Positions 62,155 through 64,000 of a stretch of 64,000 nt of DNA are shown here, in pieces. The position numbers and the translations under genes were made by a program. This stretch comes from Lobosporangium transversale. Taxonomy: Eukaryota. Location: assembly GCF_002105155.1 (NCBI RefSeq), contig NW_019028981.1:620001-684000 (forward strand). Direction: 5' to 3'. The notes below the pieces were generated by a model. That model saw only the letters and a program-made list of their open reading frames with translations. It was not told where the DNA came from and did no database searches. How positions within the stretch are numbered: the stretch's first letter is position 1; the number at the start of each line of letters is the position of its first letter.

Positions 62155-63675
62155 CTTACAATTTCCGCCTGTTTGGCAAGTCTCTCGGCACGGCGCTTCT
62201 CAAGTCGAGCTTGCTTAGCCTGCTGTTCAGCAATCACAGACTCAGTGTAGATGGGACGCCCTCCGTTAATGCTCATCAAGGCAGCCTCGACCTCCTCCAA
62301 ACTCATCATCTTGCGCTCCTGTTGTGCAGGGATTTGAGGTTGAGTTCCAGCAGTTCTCAATAGCTGCGCCTCAATTTCTTCCAGGCTAGGCTGATTGCCG
62401 AAAGTTGAGGGGCGCGATAAAGCAAAGGTGCCTACGCCAAAGACCGGGTCGTGAACAAATCCAGTGTTTCGTCCGCCAGCATCTACGATAATTTAATAAG
62501 CCCAGGAAGATTTCGTTTTTTTCTTTTTTAAAAAAAAATTGTTGATCGGAAGCTTGTATTTCAAGTATAACGCATTGTACTGTTCATGTACCAAAGAGAA
62601 TGTTAGTTGAAAAAGGAAATGGCACATACCCATGCCCTTGACGGTCGTATTGCCGAAAGAGCCCCAGATCGACGATGCAGCTTGTGATGGCTATAATAGC
62701 ATGAATATTTAGACATTAGACATCTGGAAACAAATATTGCATGTTTATACATATGTTTAACAGCAGCGACCACAAGATATAGATAAAGTCGGAGCTGCAA
62801 AGAAATGACCTATGATAAAAAATTAAAAAGGCGTATTACCTCAGGGAGACCATTCTTGTAGCTGTCCTGCTGAGCAGAAGCATCGTTCTCCCAGAGAGAA
62901 GCAAAAGATGAGCGGCGAACTCCTGAACATCATCGTATTTTGTTATTTTGAACCCATCCATGCATAGTAATATTTACAAAAAAAAAATTAGGATCTTGTC
63001 CATATGAATGCGATAAAATCAAAAGTTCGTTCCTTGTGAGCATCTCTCTGAAACTGGATGACTGTAAGCTTCCATGATGCCAGTCAAGATAAACTTACCG
63101 ACATGCTCGTTCTGCTTAATGTAGAGTTCTTCTTCTTTCTTAAGAGCCGGTGCGATTTGGCGCGTGTTGCTGGCAAAGTCAAAGTCGGTTCCAGCTGTTT
63201 CGTTGTTGAATATTGATTGCCGTTATCAAGTGCAAAAAATAAACAGGCGAAGAGATAGGGAAAGAAAAAAGTTAATTGGCTTATCTTGTGTTCTTTTCTC
63301 CTCATTAAATAAATAATAATAATAATCATAATAATAAAAAGCAATAAAAATAATAAAGCCGATCTTGATTTCTCAATCAATGAAAAGTAAGAGTAATTGC
63401 TCCATTAATAAAAAAAAGAAAAAAAGAGGAAACTTGCCTTCACCACCAGTACCACCAAAGGTCTCATCATTGAGGTCGTCTCTGGTCTCCTCCAGACCAT
63501 CAGCTAAATTGTCGTACGTCTCACCATAGTCGTAGATTTCAAAGTCCTCACCAGTCTCAAGAGCATACTTTTGAACCTGACGATCCAGCTCCTGTTGCTC
63601 ATCTGGATTCAACATAACTTTGCGACTACCCGGACGGCCTGGCATGACCGTATTGAAGCCAAAGAAGTCGGACAT
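60265..63675 (-). CDS. PAT1: mRNA decapping activator / P-body protein Pat1 (~9 exons)
   Basis: MSDFFGF, DDLNDETFG..GTDFDF, MMSLEEVEA, KHNGLMTQSDKDFINRIQISQL..DPYADDFY, EGALGKI..NPRQLL, YSKGKKVIPR, VWRFLAAMAV, NVNLFLHALGLD. Stop at 60265-60267. Confidence 0.95.
60497..60539. repeat. (TTTTTC)n simple repeat inside the last PAT1 intron
   Basis: About 7 hexamer units read directly from the sequence. Confidence 0.8.
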
Positions 63676-64000
63676 TGTTCCAAGAATTCGTATTCGTCCT
63701 TTTCTCTTCTTATTTTGAGCTCCAACTTTTTTTTTTTTTTTTTTTTCCCCTCTGTCTTAGCTTCTCACTCCTTTCTGTTACTCCTGTACTTTTTTTTAAT
63801 AGTTTATTGCTGTTGTTGTTGCCTCAGCACTGACCAAAAGGACATATGGTGCGAGAGAGAATAAAGTGAAGATAATCGTCGCGAGCACACAGCTGCTTTG
63901 AAGGGAAGTTGGAGGCGCGTACAAGTGTCGAAGTAGGGACAACAGACAAGCTTAAAAGAAAGTGAAAAAAAAAAAAAAAAGATTGGACCGAACAAGCCAA

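Noticed and set aside
8922..63675. RRP40, UTP22 and PAT1 as an RNA-metabolism cluster
   Set aside because: They are separated by many unrelated genes, which is compatible with chance.

Overview
Eukaryotic, intron-rich fungal DNA. The gene content, the F-box/LRR family type and the very frequent long poly(A)/poly(T) tracts suggest an early-diverging fungus, probably Mortierellaceae (inference). I built spliced models for 16 protein-coding genes by hand: a DNAJB12/Hlj1-like J-protein, a Clr4/SUV39 H3K9 methyltransferase, an Mme1-like mitochondrial carrier, RRP40, a giant formin GBD/FH3-only protein, a Q-rich protein, two divergent single-pass membrane proteins, an Efm7/Nnt1-like methyltransferase, an intron-containing M32 (Taq-type) carboxypeptidase, a frame-broken F-box/LRR gene, a greatly extended Pkr1-domain protein, a 4-TM protein that the ORF track mostly misses, UTP22, a TMEM184/Hfl1-like protein and PAT1. 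A palindromic repeat array at the window start looks like a transposon end. I found no tRNA, rRNA or CRISPR. The most unusual signals are a zero-length-exon AG|GTAAGT site inside RRP40 intron 1 (candidate recursive splicing), recurrent U-tract/A-tract fold-backs next to 3' splice sites, the prokaryote-type M32 peptidase, and the Pkr1 protein with an ~560-aa acidic tail carrying AIM-like motifs. All family assignments come from motif recognition, not database searches.
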